From Bugula neritina (taxonomy: Eukaryota; Animalia; Bryozoa): 64,000 bases of DNA. The DNA is taken from positions 10,448,741 to 10,512,740 of the forward strand of contig OZ037768.1 of NCBI GenBank assembly GCA_964035545.1. The letters are read 5' to 3'. The notes beneath the pieces are model-generated. The model did no database searches. It saw only the letters and a program-made list of their open reading frames with translations, and was not told the origin of the DNA. Numbering within the stretch: the stretch's first letter is position 1; every line of letters starts with the position of its first letter. A program made the position numbers and the translations under genes. This document shows positions 49,001-64,000 of this stretch, piece after piece.

Positions 49001-51936
49001 ATTATTAGCTATGTCCTGTTAGTCAGCATTCTTGGCAAACTATCATGTTGCTGGTTAATGTAATTTCTATTTATGCTTCTCATCTTTGGCCCATCTATTA
49101 TTTAAATTATTCAGCAACTTGCCTTCTCCTAAACTCACCTAATATTTACAGTCACAACCTCTTTATGAACCTGTAGTGATGAGGTATCATGTAAACATAG
49201 TTGCTTGCTTTAAACTTTTCTGCCAACATGCCGTTAGAAATCTCAAAGCAGCACAGAATCATTTTCAGAAATTACCAAGGACCCCTTTTGGCATTCAATT
49301 TATAAGCGTAGCTTCATCAGGTGTGCATGCTAGGCTAGACCCCCTACTCACTTCTTCCTCATCTGATAGGGCCATAGCACTGCAAGTATGCTAGTACCAC
49401 TTCTCTAACTGCACTAAATAGTGTTTTTGCATTTTCCACATGTATTCACCCAGTAAAGTTAAAGCAATTGTATAAACAATATTTAATTTAAATTTAATAT
49501 ATTCAGAAACGGGGAATGTTCAACTGATTAGCAGGTCTAAATCCCACATTACTATTATGTAGTTTTAAATACCTAAGAGTTTAGAAATGTGGGGGAAACT
49601 GTATACTCTTTAATATCTTCTGATATAGCTCTACCAAATACGTGATGGTGAATTTTGCATTTTATGAATAACTTTTAACAAAATGTAAAATGGCAATATC
49701 GATATCACAGTGCTGTTATTTAGTCGTTACCAGCGGGTGAAATGTCAATTCTCAGTATTTATCAGCTAACGTCTACATACTTATAACATTTTTCTACATT
49801 TGTAGAACACTCAAATAACTTTTTGATAGGCAATATACTTTTTTAATTTATAAAATGACAATTTATTTTAAATCTTATAATCATATATAATTATATAAAA
49901 TATTCCAATATTAATAAAAAGAAGTGGGTGCCTCAACTCCAAACTGTTGAGTGGATGATTATGTTGCTTGAAAACCTGTCATGGTGCATTTAAATATTAT
50001 AAGGCTATTGATTAAAATTATATTAGAAAATATGTTTTTTCATAATAATGACATAACAACTGTAGATTGAGTAGAAAATGACTATTAATAATTTGTGTTG
50101 CGGTCATGTTCTTGAAACTGATGTTGAAAGAGGATGACAGAAAACTTTTCGATTTCGATTCTTGTGTTAACTCAACATTCTGCTGCAATACCCTATACTT
50201 TTGAATTCAAAGCTTTACCAAAAACCATGTTGGCAATCAATTGGTATATCTTATAGTTCACCCAGATTCTATGTTGTTACGTGCTATATAATCCTATTAT
50301 AAGAACATCTAAAATATTTGTAATATAAGCAGATATTGAGTGTTCGTTCACTAGTGAAAATGGAGATATAAAGCTAAACCTATTCTTGAGGCAAATACCA
50401 TGACTGGAAATTGCATTGACAGCATGCAAGTGTTGTGTCTAGTAGCATATTTCGTACAGTAAATGGGTTCTGTAAGTATGCTATTTTTCTAATAGTTTAT
50501 AGTATTTTCAGCAATTTCAAAAAGGGCCCTCTTTAAGCACCCAGGTTTCAAAATGAGCATGGTGGCTAACGAACAAAACTCATGTAAGAAATAAGGCTGC
50601 CAGAATGGTACATAATTGCACCAGTTGGATCAACTACAGCTAATATATTTCAAAGAAACTTTTGGAATGATTAATAAATTTAAGAAAAGTAATTTATTAA
50701 TTAATAAAATTGAATATATATAATAATGTTTATTATTTAAAAGCAACTTGAAAGATTAAATTCATTGTCCATGTTTCAGCACACAAATTTTCACTTGTCT
50801 GCACTAAGGCTTTTTCGAAAGTTAGAGTTACATGAAAATCTAGGGAAGGCTAAGTATTATACCCACGGGGTTGAAGACAAGCTGAAGTATCACAGTTTTA
50901 CTAAATCCATTATTTAGAATTTCTTTTGAATTCATATTGATTAGCCTTTGCCTAGTGATAAATACTGCTTCTGACTGGCTAACATCTGCAAGGATAATGA
51001 TCTCTACTACCCAACCGCATATGCTATTATATAACATAGAGGATTGGGTATTATGTAATTTGTTGATATTCCCCAGCATATAATAGTTTAGTTACTACAG
51101 ACTCGGTCTGTGACAAATACTAGCTAATGGTGGTATAGCAGGCTGGTCATTAACTTGTTATGTAACAGCACCAGACTGCGGTGAGCTGACTGATTCTGCG
51201 TAGCTTATAGAGCAGTATTTCTAAAAGCCAGTGATCTTCTTACTGCCAGTCGGTTATTGGAGCTGAGTGGGGCAAGTCATAGCTCAGTAGGTAGATGGCT
51301 GTAGTCTCGACAGTCGGGACAAGAGTCAATGTACATATATTCTTAGAGTTTACTTGTTTCGTTGCAACTATTGTAGCAAAATTTAAATTGCAGTAAGTTT
51401 TTTGCATGCTCGATCGTCTATGTTGCTTACAAGAGCTGTCTATGGCTAACATTCATATGGATCCGGGTTTTCAGTTGTAAGTTACGTTTTACTATCTATA
51501 GTTTGTGTGTGGAGTTCACCAAGGAACCAGTGTTAGCATATCTCTGCCCAAGGACTATTCAAGGATTTTTTCCTTAGCCTGTCACTAGTAGTTCGCTATC
51601 AATCATTTGTTCATCTGTTATAAGAGCTTTGGGCTGATGTGTTGAACTTTGCCAGGGTGTAAAATAAAGGTGGCAATATAAATAGACTGTGATGTTCCAC
51701 TTCAGCTGTCAGCTTTGCGGGAGTTGTTACAAAAAACATCACGTTATAGGGAAGGCTTATTGGTTACTTCATACTATTGTGTGGTTTTCAGCCCAGTAAT
51801 GCACGAATAGGTTTTGAGCATGCTTACCAGTCCTTACTAGAGTTTAATACGCTTTATTTTTCACCACGTATAATACTCTGGAGTGAAATGTTAAATGGTT
51901 TATTTCAGCCGAGAGGTCATACCAGGAGGCTTACTT

Positions 51937-54900
51937 ATGTCGGAGTACCCAATGCCAAGTTTCTCTGCCAGTGGCAGCTCTTCGTCTTTTTTAAATAGTG
52001 GAGATTCTTTTTCCCCTGTAGACTATTTGCCTCCTCATAAGAAACAGAAAAACTCGGGAGTTTCTTATTTGAATGGTGGAGACACATACACTCAACACGA
52101 ACATCTTCCAATTGCTAATTCTCTATCTAGAAAGAAACCTAAAGGCTGCGGAATGCCTGGAAGGAGTATAGAGGAAGAGCTGTGCTTAATTTGTCAAGAT
52201 CGGGCATCTGGCTATCATTACAACGCCCTATCTTGTGAGGGTTGCAAGGGTCAGTAAATCTCCAGTTCAATTTTTTGTAGTTTTATCATTTCCTCTATTA
52301 TTGTAAGACCTGGCTTGGAAACTTTGTCATTAGAAGTATATTTTAAACTAAGAAAACAAATTCATATGGCTAATCACACCAGTTGAGAACATTTCTCGAT
52401 ATTTATTTTATACCTCCAACTAGCTCAAAGGCCCATAATTTTGTATTTATTTAAGCAGTCTAAAAAGTAATACATTTTTGACATCAATGTTCGGAGTGGT
52501 TCTGTGCTTTATTCGGAAGTATTCAATTTTATGCCTGGAAATAATGCTATGGAGCTAACTAGTTGTTAAATAACTTTGCAGACTGTTGTTACAGCAGCTA
52601 AAGTGCTTAATGAAAGTTGCTCCACAACATTTAAATGAAGAATAGAATAAGGTGAAGATTTTATAAGAATAATAGTAATAGAAATTTATAGTTTTGTGAG
52701 TCGAGCATTTTGGTATTTACTATTTTCAAGTTGAAACCCCAAAACCATTCAAGTAAGGAAAGTATGTACAAATGTACAAAAGAAGATAGTCATATTGATT
52801 CAACTCTGATACTGCATCTAATAAGATGTGAGTTGATGTATTCACAGGTTCTAAACATTACATTACATTCAAATCACTTGTATCTCACCCTGTAATCAGC
52901 CTAACTATAAAATTGTACTCAAATGGCCAAATGCTGGTAGCTGGCAATAGTGCACATGGTTAAAAGGGCTAGTTTTATAAAGGTCAATGTAATGCAATCA
53001 AAGAATTAATTTTTAAAGCATAATTGAAACTAATGAAGCACAACATAAACACATATGATGAGTATTTGTTTGAAAGAAATTGTTATCTCAATCTTCACTC
53101 TTGAACAACACATGTTGATAATCACCTAAATTGAAAATAGTTCTCATCTTTTCACCTTCAACTATTGCTTTTCTCAATTGCCTGTTCATAATCTTAAATA
53201 TAAGTATTACTTTTATGGTAACTGGTGGTGGTCGACCATGGCATTAATATCAAAATTTAAAAAATAATGCTTTACTGCTGGTTTTTTGGAGTGAAATATA
53301 AAGCAAACTAGCAAGATGATCCGCTACGTGGTGAATATATTTCCTATGTCGTCTATTCTTCACTCATGGCAATTAATGCCCCCCTTCCTAAGTTACTAAA
53401 CAACTACAATCCTCTCTCCACCCCTTCTGTCTCCTGCTCAGTCAGTATCCAGCAAGGCAAAGAAAGTACAACTGAACTCATGCATGACCAGCATTTGATA
53501 TTGTCATATACATTCAGAGTAGGGTTACTAACTATCACCTACACAGTACACAGCAGCTACCCTACTAAGCAATGTCTCCTTGAATATGAGATCTGATTTG
53601 GCTAAATTTGATTGATTAGAATTCACAACTGCTACGCTCTTCAAGTGGTGGAGTGACTAAACTAGATATCCTTAGGACAGTCATCATGAAATGCTGTTTC
53701 CAGCTCTCCTTTGTTGTGAATCATGTGAAATTTAATGACCCTTTTTACGTTATTCTGAATTTTGATGAGTTATAATCTTGCCAAGTAGTTACTAATATCA
53801 GCTAGTCACTCTGTCAAATTAGATGCTAAACTCTTGATGAAATAGTGGAAACTGATCAGCTCACCTACAGTAAAAACTTGAAAGTCAAATGGCTTCGTGG
53901 TTATTAAATCTCCTGGAACAGATGAAGCTTTTCCCACCACAAACTCTTTCAACCACAAAATTCACATAATATTGTTTTGCTGCATTAATAATAGGCATTG
54001 GGTAGGCAGGGATGAGCAAGTAGCATAAAACTATGTAGATTAAAAGAGTTACCAGCGTGTGACCAACTTGACTGTGCTAACAGCAATGGCAGACCAATGA
54101 CCTATCATACATTGACTGCTAGTCTAGGCCTGTCTGCTTGGTTTACTTCCAATATATTCAAGTCTCTGGATGATTAACAACACATAGTATAACCATATAA
54201 TGTTATGCCATCACATTTTTATGTAAATTGCCATAAAAACCAGACTGGGCAGCACATTTCTACTTCACCTTCAAGTGGTTTCATGTCCTGTTGCACATGC
54301 ATAGTCTGTGATACACAACTCAACCTACCCTGGCTTTATAAGTAATAAAGACCTACTTTTAATCTATTTTGATTAATTTTAATTACCCTAGTTTGAATTT
54401 TCCATTGTTGCTTCTAATTCAAAAAATCCCCTGTCGCTGCATCTGTTACAGGGATTGCGTAAATCATTAACATCACGGGCTAAATATAAATGAGATATAA
54501 ATCTAACCAGTGCTTCACGCTTGCGTGGCAACAGGCTATTTAATTATATATACGTCCAGGCGTGTCATGTACGTGTGCATATTAAGCATACAGTATACGA
54601 GGTCAATGATCAGCAAACCAATAATAGAATCCTAATTCTTAACCATGTTTAGCACGTGAGTTATTTTCCATGCATTGTGCATTGCTAGATAACTCATCAG
54701 CTTGTGTTGTTTTTAAATTGTGTGTAAACTTAAAAATAGCCACTGGTTGAGTCTGACTGCCATAATAAAGGCTAGTTTATCATTACAAGTGAAGCATAAC
54801 TGTCTATTTATGGGGGCATCGCTCTAGGAAGCATGTCTCTCCAGAGTCTACCCAGTTTTATTTCCAAATACTAGTAGACTGTAAATCATAACAGAGAAAT

Positions 54901-57900
54901 TCTCTGAAACCTAAATAAGTCATCATCATACACTCATCCAGGCAGCTGTTGGCTAATAAACTAGCAATAGTACATTCTAATTAGCCCTTGTAAGCTCACA
55001 CCTTAGGTCACACTTGCTAGTTCTAGTCTGCTTCATTCACTCCCAATTATTGCCAATTCATCAGCTCTCTGCCTTCAACTAAGACAGTAGTAGTATTAGA
55101 AGTTTTGAAAAAAACTGGTGGAATTATCAAAATCTGTGCTTTCAAAACTTTTACAGCTACACCAAAAGTCTTATTGTGAACTTGTTGGGCCAAACTTTAG
55201 CCCAACACTAAAACACTTGGTTTGTTTCATCTGTGTTCTAAGACCAACTATCTTTTTATAAAATCACTTTCTGGGATTTTGGCAGCTATAGTATTGACGT
55301 TTCATAGCATTGTAGTCATATTCATATTTGTATGGCACTGAATATGTTGGCCATACAACTGTCTGGCTGACAAAATATGTAAAATATATGTAAATCACAA
55401 CAGACTGCAAATTGCTTGGTCTCTCTATTTGCGTTCACTTGATTTGGGCTTCTCCTGTTTCCGTTTCATTAAGTATATTTCTGACAATTACAGGATTCTT
55501 CAGAAGAAGTATAACCAAGTCAGCTTCCTACGTTTGCAAATATGGTGGTAGGTGTGAGATGGACATGTGGATGAGAAGGAAGTGCCAGGCTTGCCGGCTG
55601 CGAAGGTGCAGAGAAGTGGGCATGAAAGAGGAGTGTAAGTATCCTGTCTGTCTGTTATATTTGTGTAGTGGGGCCACATTGGTCAGGTTATGTGGGCTGG
55701 AGTGTAACTAGCCATCAGCTAGTATAATTCCTAATATAAAACAATCCCTTGGTCTGGCCAGACACCATAGTATATCACAATCACTAGCATTATTGGTAGA
55801 AGACCTCATCAATCTGGCTAAAGCACCCCAGGCTTCATACCACTCATGGGATTTACTTCGCCACAAGTATTTTTAGGTCTAACATTGTTAGGAAGCCATT
55901 TTATAACAGTTGATGGCTTGGAAGTAGATTTATATTCCTATTAGCATACTTTCTAGACGTGCCATTTACCAACTCGATGAAACAAAATCTCACAAACTCT
56001 AACTGAGTGGTTATATTTGCAGGTTTGCTCTCCGAGGAGCAATGTAAAGCTAGAGATGCTAGACGAAAGTCGAGGCCTGGTTCAACATCTAAAGGTGAAG
56101 AGGCCAGTACCTCCCATGAAAGAAATAACAACACAGTACACAGAAACAAAACTGGAAGGGGGGCGTCAACAAAGGGCAAGGATCCAATCAAACCATCCAA
56201 ATCAAGTGAGTTGAAACCCTACCATGTGTTCATGATGTTCTGGGAATATGTGGGAAATTTAAAGGCATTTTCAAGAAATATAATACTTATTTTACCAGTT
56301 TTAAAGGTTGGGTAGTCGGAAAATTATTTCTTGCTTTTTTAAGAGGCACATGATTGCCAAGTACCAGTGTTAGTTTTGGCTGTTGGCACTTAGTGCTACC
56401 TGGTGACTAGGTGTAGTGAAACAAACCTATGTGGTAGTGCAGGTATAGCAGCCCTGAGATGCAGGCTGTGTAATGTTGCTAGGGACGTATCCTGTAGGTA
56501 ATGGCACTGAACTATGTTATAGCATGCAGTCATTGACCCTCATAATGGAGGCCGTGCGCCTGCTTGCCAGCAGCTCTTATATTTTAATCAAATTAGATCT
56601 ACAAGCAGGGCTAGTTAATAGTTAGTGTGTCTCAACTAGTACTACTACTCTACTATTTCTACCTCTTCATTAATGATGTACCAGTGTACCACAGTGTATA
56701 TCTCCCTTTATACTGATAGACCTGCACCTGCACCCAGTATGGGAGGGTATGCTAGGGTGTCCAGTGATGTACATCTGCTACTTTGTTGATAGTGTCTGGA
56801 ATAGTGGATAATCACAAAAGACTTAGTTCCACAGATTGTGTGTTCAAAGAGAATCCTTTAGAGACTCTGCCAGATGACATCCGAACTCTGATAGAGAGGG
56901 TAGTCATATGTCAAGACAGGTACGAGATGCCAGACGCTGATGAAGTCACCAGAGTGCTGTCCCTAGCTGTGAGTGTTCACCAATATATACCCTTCTACTG
57001 ATCTCACCAAACCTAGCTCTTTGTGAATTTTCTAAGGAAATGTTTGTCTTATTTGAAGAAATGCTTCGATCCATCTAATCCTAAGGATGCCAAGGAGTTA
57101 CTGTTCACCCAGCTAGCACAGTTCACCGTGCTGTCAACACAACTGGTGGTTGACTTTGCCAAGCAGATGCCATACTTCTTGGATCTCTGCATGGATGACC
57201 AGATCAAGATGTTGAAGGTGTGCAGTAGTTTACTAGCTGCTCGGAGCTGTTACATTTAATGATTTATTTACTGTCAAAACTATGTTTTCAGTCACAGCTA
57301 GTTATCAAATGTCTCCTAGGTGCTTTCAGAAGTATTGCTCATTCTCACTGTATCTAGTTGTTTTATGGTCGTATCTCAGCCAACATGTTATCTCTAGTTT
57401 GCCAACAAGACGTGAAGAAACTGTGTTTTGATTAGTCTTGTTAATTGCCAAGCATCCTGTTTTTGCAGGGCACAACTTGTGAAAATCTAATGCTGCGAAC
57501 AGCCCGTCAATACCATCCTGAGTCAGACACTGTAATCATGGCTGATGGAAAAGCCTACACTCGGAACACATTGTGTTTTGCTGGTTTGGAGAGTCTGGTG
57601 CCCCCCATGTTCAACTTCTGTGAAACTCTCGCCAATATGAAAGTAGACAATGCTGAGTTTGGACTTCTCACTTGCATCAGTTTGTTCTCAGGTAGAAATT
57701 TTAGTTTCTCGCTACTCTACGGCAACCATTTTGTGGTTGAATACGTTTGTATTCCCTAGTGTTTACACACAGGAGAGTGTGCATGTACTTTCTTTCTTCC
57801 ATCTTCTCTTAACTGTGTAATCAATAGTCTACACTGTCTACACTCTACAGGATGTGGAAATTGTCTACGGCCATTTAAACTTTCTCTTTTGTCTTCGTAT

Positions 57901-58743
57901 AACGTTCAACTACTTTTTCAATTTCAATAGCCGCTATTGTAACTATAGCTATTAAACAGGTGTGGAAGTTTGAGGTGAAATACATAATTCAATGGGTATA
58001 AAGCACCATATCATGCATGTATTACTTCAGAATGTGAAAAGCAATTGCTATCCGTATATATTTATATTGCCAAAGGTATATAATACTACACTGGTTTTTT
58101 GTTTTTGGGTGTAGATATCATTAGCAAACTTTAGTGGGAAAGTAATGGGTTGCTCTGTGTAAATTCACAGTAATGGTGCAAGGTTTATGCTATCATTAAA
58201 AATATATTTGTAGCAATAACCTTGGCTGACCTTTATCTTATTGCATTTGTGTTGCTGGAATTTCTTTGAAATTTTGTCCAATCCACTAAAGCTTATGGAG
58301 TTTATTCATTGATGTGTTTCCTAGGGTACAAATTCATTGGCAAGTTCCATCAGGCAATTATTGGTCATGAATTTGAAACACATTTTCTGGCATCTTGTTG
58401 CCCTGAGAGCCAACTGCTATTAGCACATTCTTTGATCTTCAACACTTTGCTGTAAGAATAAATTTCTAACCACTGTGCTGTAATTTCTAAATAATTTATT
58501 GTAGAGAGAGTTGGGCTAAAAGAGCCAAAGAAAATTGAAAAATTTCAAGACGTTTACACAAAGGCGTTGGAGCATTATTGTAACTCTAAAGTCACAAATG
58601 GCAACAGACGTTTTGCTAAGCTGATAATGAAGATGATAGACTTGAGGACATTGAATGCCATCCATTCTGAGATGTGCCTGTCTTTAAAGATCAAAACTGG
58701 CAACTTTCCTGGAATACTATTAGAATATTTTAATGTTGGTTAG
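51937..58743 (+). CDS. EcR: Ecdysone receptor-like nuclear receptor (NR1H), 7 coding exons
   Basis: Exons 51937-52249, 55494-55634, 56023-56205, 56835-56968, 57059-57217, 57469-57691 and 58505-58743. [36 protein letters not shown]...[42 protein letters not shown]-2 ILLEYFNV. The start codon is inferred; upstream exons are possible. Confidence 0.93.
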
Positions 58744-61700
58744 GGGCTAATTTCTTACTATTCACTACATACAATTATGTCTTTCCTGTCTCTTTGTATA
58801 TGATACCGGTAAAATTGTTAATAATTTTTATTAATATTATCTTATTGCTATACATACATGCTTATGTATTCATGCACAGCTGCATTATTTGGCCTACTAA
58901 TAGCTTCCATCTTTGCCTGGAAGCTGAAACAAGGATGTTTTTGAAGATATTTGTTTTAATATCATATAATAACCAGCTTTTACCCAAAATTCTTCAGGAT
59001 ATCTTGAGCCAGTAAGCTGGGAGAATTCATATTTGGTGTTTTTTAACGTTTGATCAATTTGTATTTTATATTATTAAACTATGTAATGTATTGCATTTGA
59101 TAATTGTCTATTAATAATTTGATAGTTGCTGTGAGAATAATGAGATGTGTAAATAGAGGTGGGGACTTGTATAATTTTGCTGTAAAATATTTAAGTTACA
59201 TATTTTTATATTTGCAATATATTTTATGGTCTGAAAACTAATTAGTTGCTTTTATTCATTATAATCAGAGATCTACAATAATGCTAATTATTAATACACC
59301 TGTACATAATTTTAGGTTATGTGATGTTGTTTTTTATAATAAATCTGTTAATTTAATCCGTTGTCTTTTAGTGGAATTACCCATATTTCATGTAGGTAGA
59401 TTTATTGTTACATGGATGCTCAAACATATTGCATATTATGCTAACAATGATCATCATTTTAGAGAAGCTAATTAAATTCATTAAATCGTAGCCTTTCATT
59501 GTGAATAGATTTGTTAAAGATTAGCAAACTGATTATAGTGAAATTGTAAAGGTCTTGCTATGCTTGTGGTATCCTTGTACTTAACTCTGAATTGAGCTAT
59601 TCATTTTAAATTATAGATGAGAATTTAAATGGGAGGTTTGATTTGAAGAGGTTGAAATTTGCTGCCAATGAGTTGGCTTCAATAAGTGCTGGAGGGCAGC
59701 AGACTAGTTCCAGCTAAAGATAGCATATTATATTATCATAGGTGTTAGAAGCAATATTTAATGGTGAATTCATACCTTTATTTTTTATGCTAGCAGTGAT
59801 ACCCCATGACTAGTTTTGAAAATTTGATGGCCTTAGTGTATTTAATTAGCAGCTGAACATTTATACTATTGATAAGTATTTGAATTAAAGTATAATAGAA
59901 CTACTACTATAGTAGTATTATTACATATTGATGCATAGATACCCCACTGTAGCTTGCCCTATCAATATTTTACAAATAATGGGTTCCTGCGTAGCAACAA
60001 ATTATTACTTCAACAATTGTTATTGAAATACAGCACACTAAATTAGTTTACACCAGTTGCTTGTCATATTTTAACCACATTTCCTTAAAAGGCGATTTGT
60101 AAGCAAGATTGATTAATGGTAGAGGCAAATAAAACTATCCATGCTATTTTGTGATTGTACTATGTTGCTTACCACCAACCAACCTAAATACTCTAACATT
60201 TACAAGTCTGCAGTCAACTACAAGGCATTCCTACTGTGATGGCCGTATCAATAACTTTGTGCTGGATGAACTGAAATTGATTTTATTTGCGTCACAACCT
60301 CGATGTGATATAAATTTAGATGAGTTGGCAAAATGACTGCATGATGCATGGACACCTGGGTAAACTTCCCTTCATTTTTTGCAATAACGTTCGCAGAAAA
60401 AGTTTGGTTATCTATGCCAGGTACCTACTGCACGAGATCCTCTACGGCATAACAGTATAAGCATAAAAACGTGCACTTTGAACTTGTCCCAACCCATGCA
60501 TAAACGACTACCTACAAGGGATAGTTGGCTGATAGTAGCTTGCTAGGAGAAAGATAGAGTTTATTAGCTGACGTAATGTGGTAGTCATGCATGTGAGCAT
60601 TATATACCAAACCCTCTAGGACCTGGAGGGTATAATAGATGTGCCCACTGAAGCTGTGTGAAATATTTTTTAAATCATTTTCTTAGAAGCAAAGTAGCTA
60701 CACCTAAGTTTTAAGGCAATGAAAACTAGGAAACATTTCAACTTCTAGTTTTACTTCTTTATAAAGTCAAAGCCTTTTTATTGCAAAGCAATAGAAAGGT
60801 ATTTAAAAAAAGAAGCTTTGTGTAGTGTGTTGAATCTTGAAAAAAAATTAAATCAAGGCTAAAAGCCTAGCCAGTCTATAACAAATTCTCCAAAAAACCG
60901 TGTTTCTCAATTTGCTGCAAAAAGCAGTGTTGGAATGAAATGCAACTAGCAAGTGGTTCAAATCTAAAATTTTAAATAACTGATCAAAAACAACTTTTTT
61001 GTGTTCTCAAATTATGCTGTTATAAACAACACATGGAACAGGCTGGGCTAGGTCAAACCATTATAAATATTATATATAGTCAAACATTATAAATGTAATC
61101 AATATTATTGAGCAATATTAGCCCACATGATCATTAAAAAGCTCTTAAAATATTTAGGGTTTATTAAAATTTAAAGTATGCATTTAATAGAAAGTTGAGT
61201 CTAAAATCTAAATGATGATCTCAAATACAATGAAGACAATTTTATGAGCTTAATGTCAGTTGATATAAATCATATATTAGCCTGTAATACAAAGGGGCAG
61301 CGCTATTACCCTGGGCTAGTACCAGTGTTGTCTAATGACAACACTCTACGTCAACATATTTTCTCATGTTTCACAATACTAGCTTTATCTGTTTTTAAAA
61401 CTCTGTTATGAAAGGATATTAGGTGCATTGACTGATGAGTTGAATGCCTTCAACAGCCTATGAGGGCAATGACACTTGGGAGATTATTTCAGCATTCGTA
61501 GTTGTGTAGCTTTATGCTGTATGGTGGGCATAGCTACAGAATAACAAAATTAATGCTAATGTTATGATCGTATGAAATTCTTATGGTTTGCTAAATCAAT
61601 TTTAACTTTCCGCTTTTATGCTTGATGCTACTGTGTCTATCTGGATAAATGCCATCTGGATAAAATTAGTGTGGTTCAATTCACACAGCAATAAATCTTC

Positions 61701-63401
61701 ACTGTAATTTATTTTTGAGAGATTGTGAAGTATCTAACCTAATTTTATTGAACAATATAATTGCTAACAAAAGTTACAGTGGATTCCTGCAAATTAGAGG
61801 TGAACTGGCTATAGTAACTTTGACAGAAAATTGATCAAATGGAAAAGCTATAACTTATTAGACGTACTTGATGGAAAAATATCATCTATAATCTAGCGTT
61901 GCTTATTCCTTTGGTGCAGTCTACTCCGGTAGCACTCAGTTTAAGTTTTGCATCCTCAGCCAACCTAAGAGCCATGAATTGAATACCAGGAGTACAGTGA
62001 GGCTAAAGTACATTGATACAAAACATTATAGCAACACGAATTGCACTTCAATATACTTTGCTATAATATTGTAGCTACCAGCACCTGCACATCAAAGAAC
62101 ATGAAAGATTATAAAATTAACATAAAAGAAAATTAAATCACCTATATTGTCCATGTAGATAGTAGCCACTGACCTAGTAGTCTATTGCAGCAAAATAATT
62201 TTTTATGCTTTCATTAATTTCACCCGGAAGAGTTATTCATTCAATTTGAAATGTTGGCTACTAGTCGACTATGTGGGTTGTAAACTTGACTGCAATGCCA
62301 TTTACTTGACCTCTAAGTAACTCTTTGTTTCCATATGGAAGTCAGAGTCGACATTATTAATTTGACACTATCTTCTGACTTTGTACAAGAGTTGATGGCT
62401 ACGCAGCCAACTCCATTATAATATTATGTATTCAGAGAGACCAGCTATATTTATCTCAGCTTGGCAAGGATCACCACAAGAAAGCGCTGGGTGCTGCTGC
62501 AGGCAAGCAACACACAAAGACCGTAGTCCGACAATGCTATAACTAGACTGAGATGATGTAGACACTAGCCGAGGTCGTTCACCCAGCTGTCCATCTAATA
62601 ATTTAATGATGGGTCAAAGACCACTGGAAGTTATTATCTGCTGATATTAGCACAAGATGTGGCACGAATCCACAACCCAATGGACCACTACTAGCCACTG
62701 ACACAACAAAGGCTGTCCCTCCAATCTCGATAATGGAGGAAACAGTTTTGAAGGCAAGAGCTAACTTCTATGGATAGAATACGCAGATGTTTAAGTCACA
62801 CAGTGCAGCAGAAAGTTGGATTTCAATTTGTCACCTAACCAGTACACAGAAAGAAGATTAGAGAAACTGACCCACTCAATATTTACATATATTTGTTGGT
62901 TTGTTTTGAATGTGGGTGCAAAGTGGGTCCTTTCATCAATATTGAATCCAAAACTACAAAAAAATGATGCAATTTTGCTTTCAAAGTTTATTATGAAATA
63001 ATAAAGATAAAACGCAAAATAGGTAGAGAAATCCTATACATTGCTTATTTACATGAAAATTAACAGCATTAGTGAATAACAAAACTACTCCAGCAATACT
63101 AACTACAAACAGTAAACCATCATCACATTATTAACATTTTAGATCGCAAACTAAATATAATAAATAATCGATGAGGGTTTGTAAATAGAGCCATAGCAAG
63201 AAAAAACTGAGCAGTTGGTGACCAACGTAACGACTGCCTAGATAAGTCTTGTGAAAAATTGTATAATAATATAATATAGACTGCCATAAAACGATGTTGA
63301 ATGACTGAAACCCAGTCATTCAACATTGTAACCTTGTTGCCGATATATTACTGACGAGAACGATATTACACAAAACAACTCTAAGATGCAGCAATGGGTA
63401 G

Positions 63402-63600
63402 TCATTGGGAGCCTCGAGCCTGTGACCGATTCTGATTGCATGATTTTGCAACCGTCTCAAACAGCCTGGCAATTTCCGGTGAACAGTGCACAAAGTCATG
63501 GCCCCAAAACTTGTAAACCTGATTTCTAATAAGCTCAATAAAGGTGACAAGAAGACCCCATGGGTGCGGTCGGTTTACTATCAATCTTTCCAGCAGTACT
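63402..63600 (-). CDS. CNOT1: CCR4-NOT subunit 1, last coding exon (gene continues beyond the window)
   Basis: [24 protein letters not shown]...FVHCSPEI C-terminal signature, with acceptor TTTTGTAG at 63601. Confidence 0.95.
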
Positions 63601-64000
63601 CTACAAAACAGATACAATACTAGTTTATGCTAAATAATTATATTAATGTTTAGAGTGGCTGGGATTTAGTAGTAGTAGACAGGTAGCCAGTAGCTCTCTC
63701 CTAGCAACCATAATTTATAACCATGCTACATTTAAAATTTAGATGGTAGATAAATGACCCTCAGCTAGGGAATGGCCTGTTCACCCTGCAGTTTACATGA
63801 CACAGCAGACTATAGCAAAGGACTGACTGACTGGCCTACCTAGAGAGATCAGTCAAACTATTTTATAATCCTCAAAGGTCGACCTTTAGTGTTCACATTC
63901 CAACAGGATGTGGATGTAGAAGTGCAGTTTGTATTCTTACTGAAGAGATGACCTTCAGTTCATGAACTTTCTGTTTAATCAAGGGGATCTGCACCTCCGT

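Noticed and set aside
58744-63120. Short ORFs between EcR and CNOT1
   Set aside because: AT-rich, no motifs or consistent splice structure; likely 3' UTR or intergenic.

Overview
Animal genomic DNA, AT-rich and intron-containing; the nuclear receptor sequence suggests a lophotrochozoan-type invertebrate, but the species cannot be determined. Bases 1-22.2 kb are a nest of transposable elements built on two copies of an unusual Ty3/Gypsy LTR retrotransposon. Its reconstructed coding region is one reading frame: Gag, an internal signal peptide, a class III (herpes gB/chuvirus/rhabdovirus G-like) envelope glycoprotein, a UGA-CUAG readthrough stop, then Pol. Nested in it are a solo LTR, two other Gypsy fragments (one carrying a C2H2 zinc-finger accessory ORF), a CR1/L2-group LINE, a pogo DD35D transposon, a hAT MITE and a duplicated segment hiding a small spliced membrane-protein gene. 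Bases 28-64 kb hold host genes: a tetraspanin (+), the MTR4/MTREX helicase (-), an ecdysone receptor-like NR1H gene (+) with a cluster of IR1 response elements, and the last exon of CNOT1 (-). All calls come from reading motifs by hand; no database search was run.
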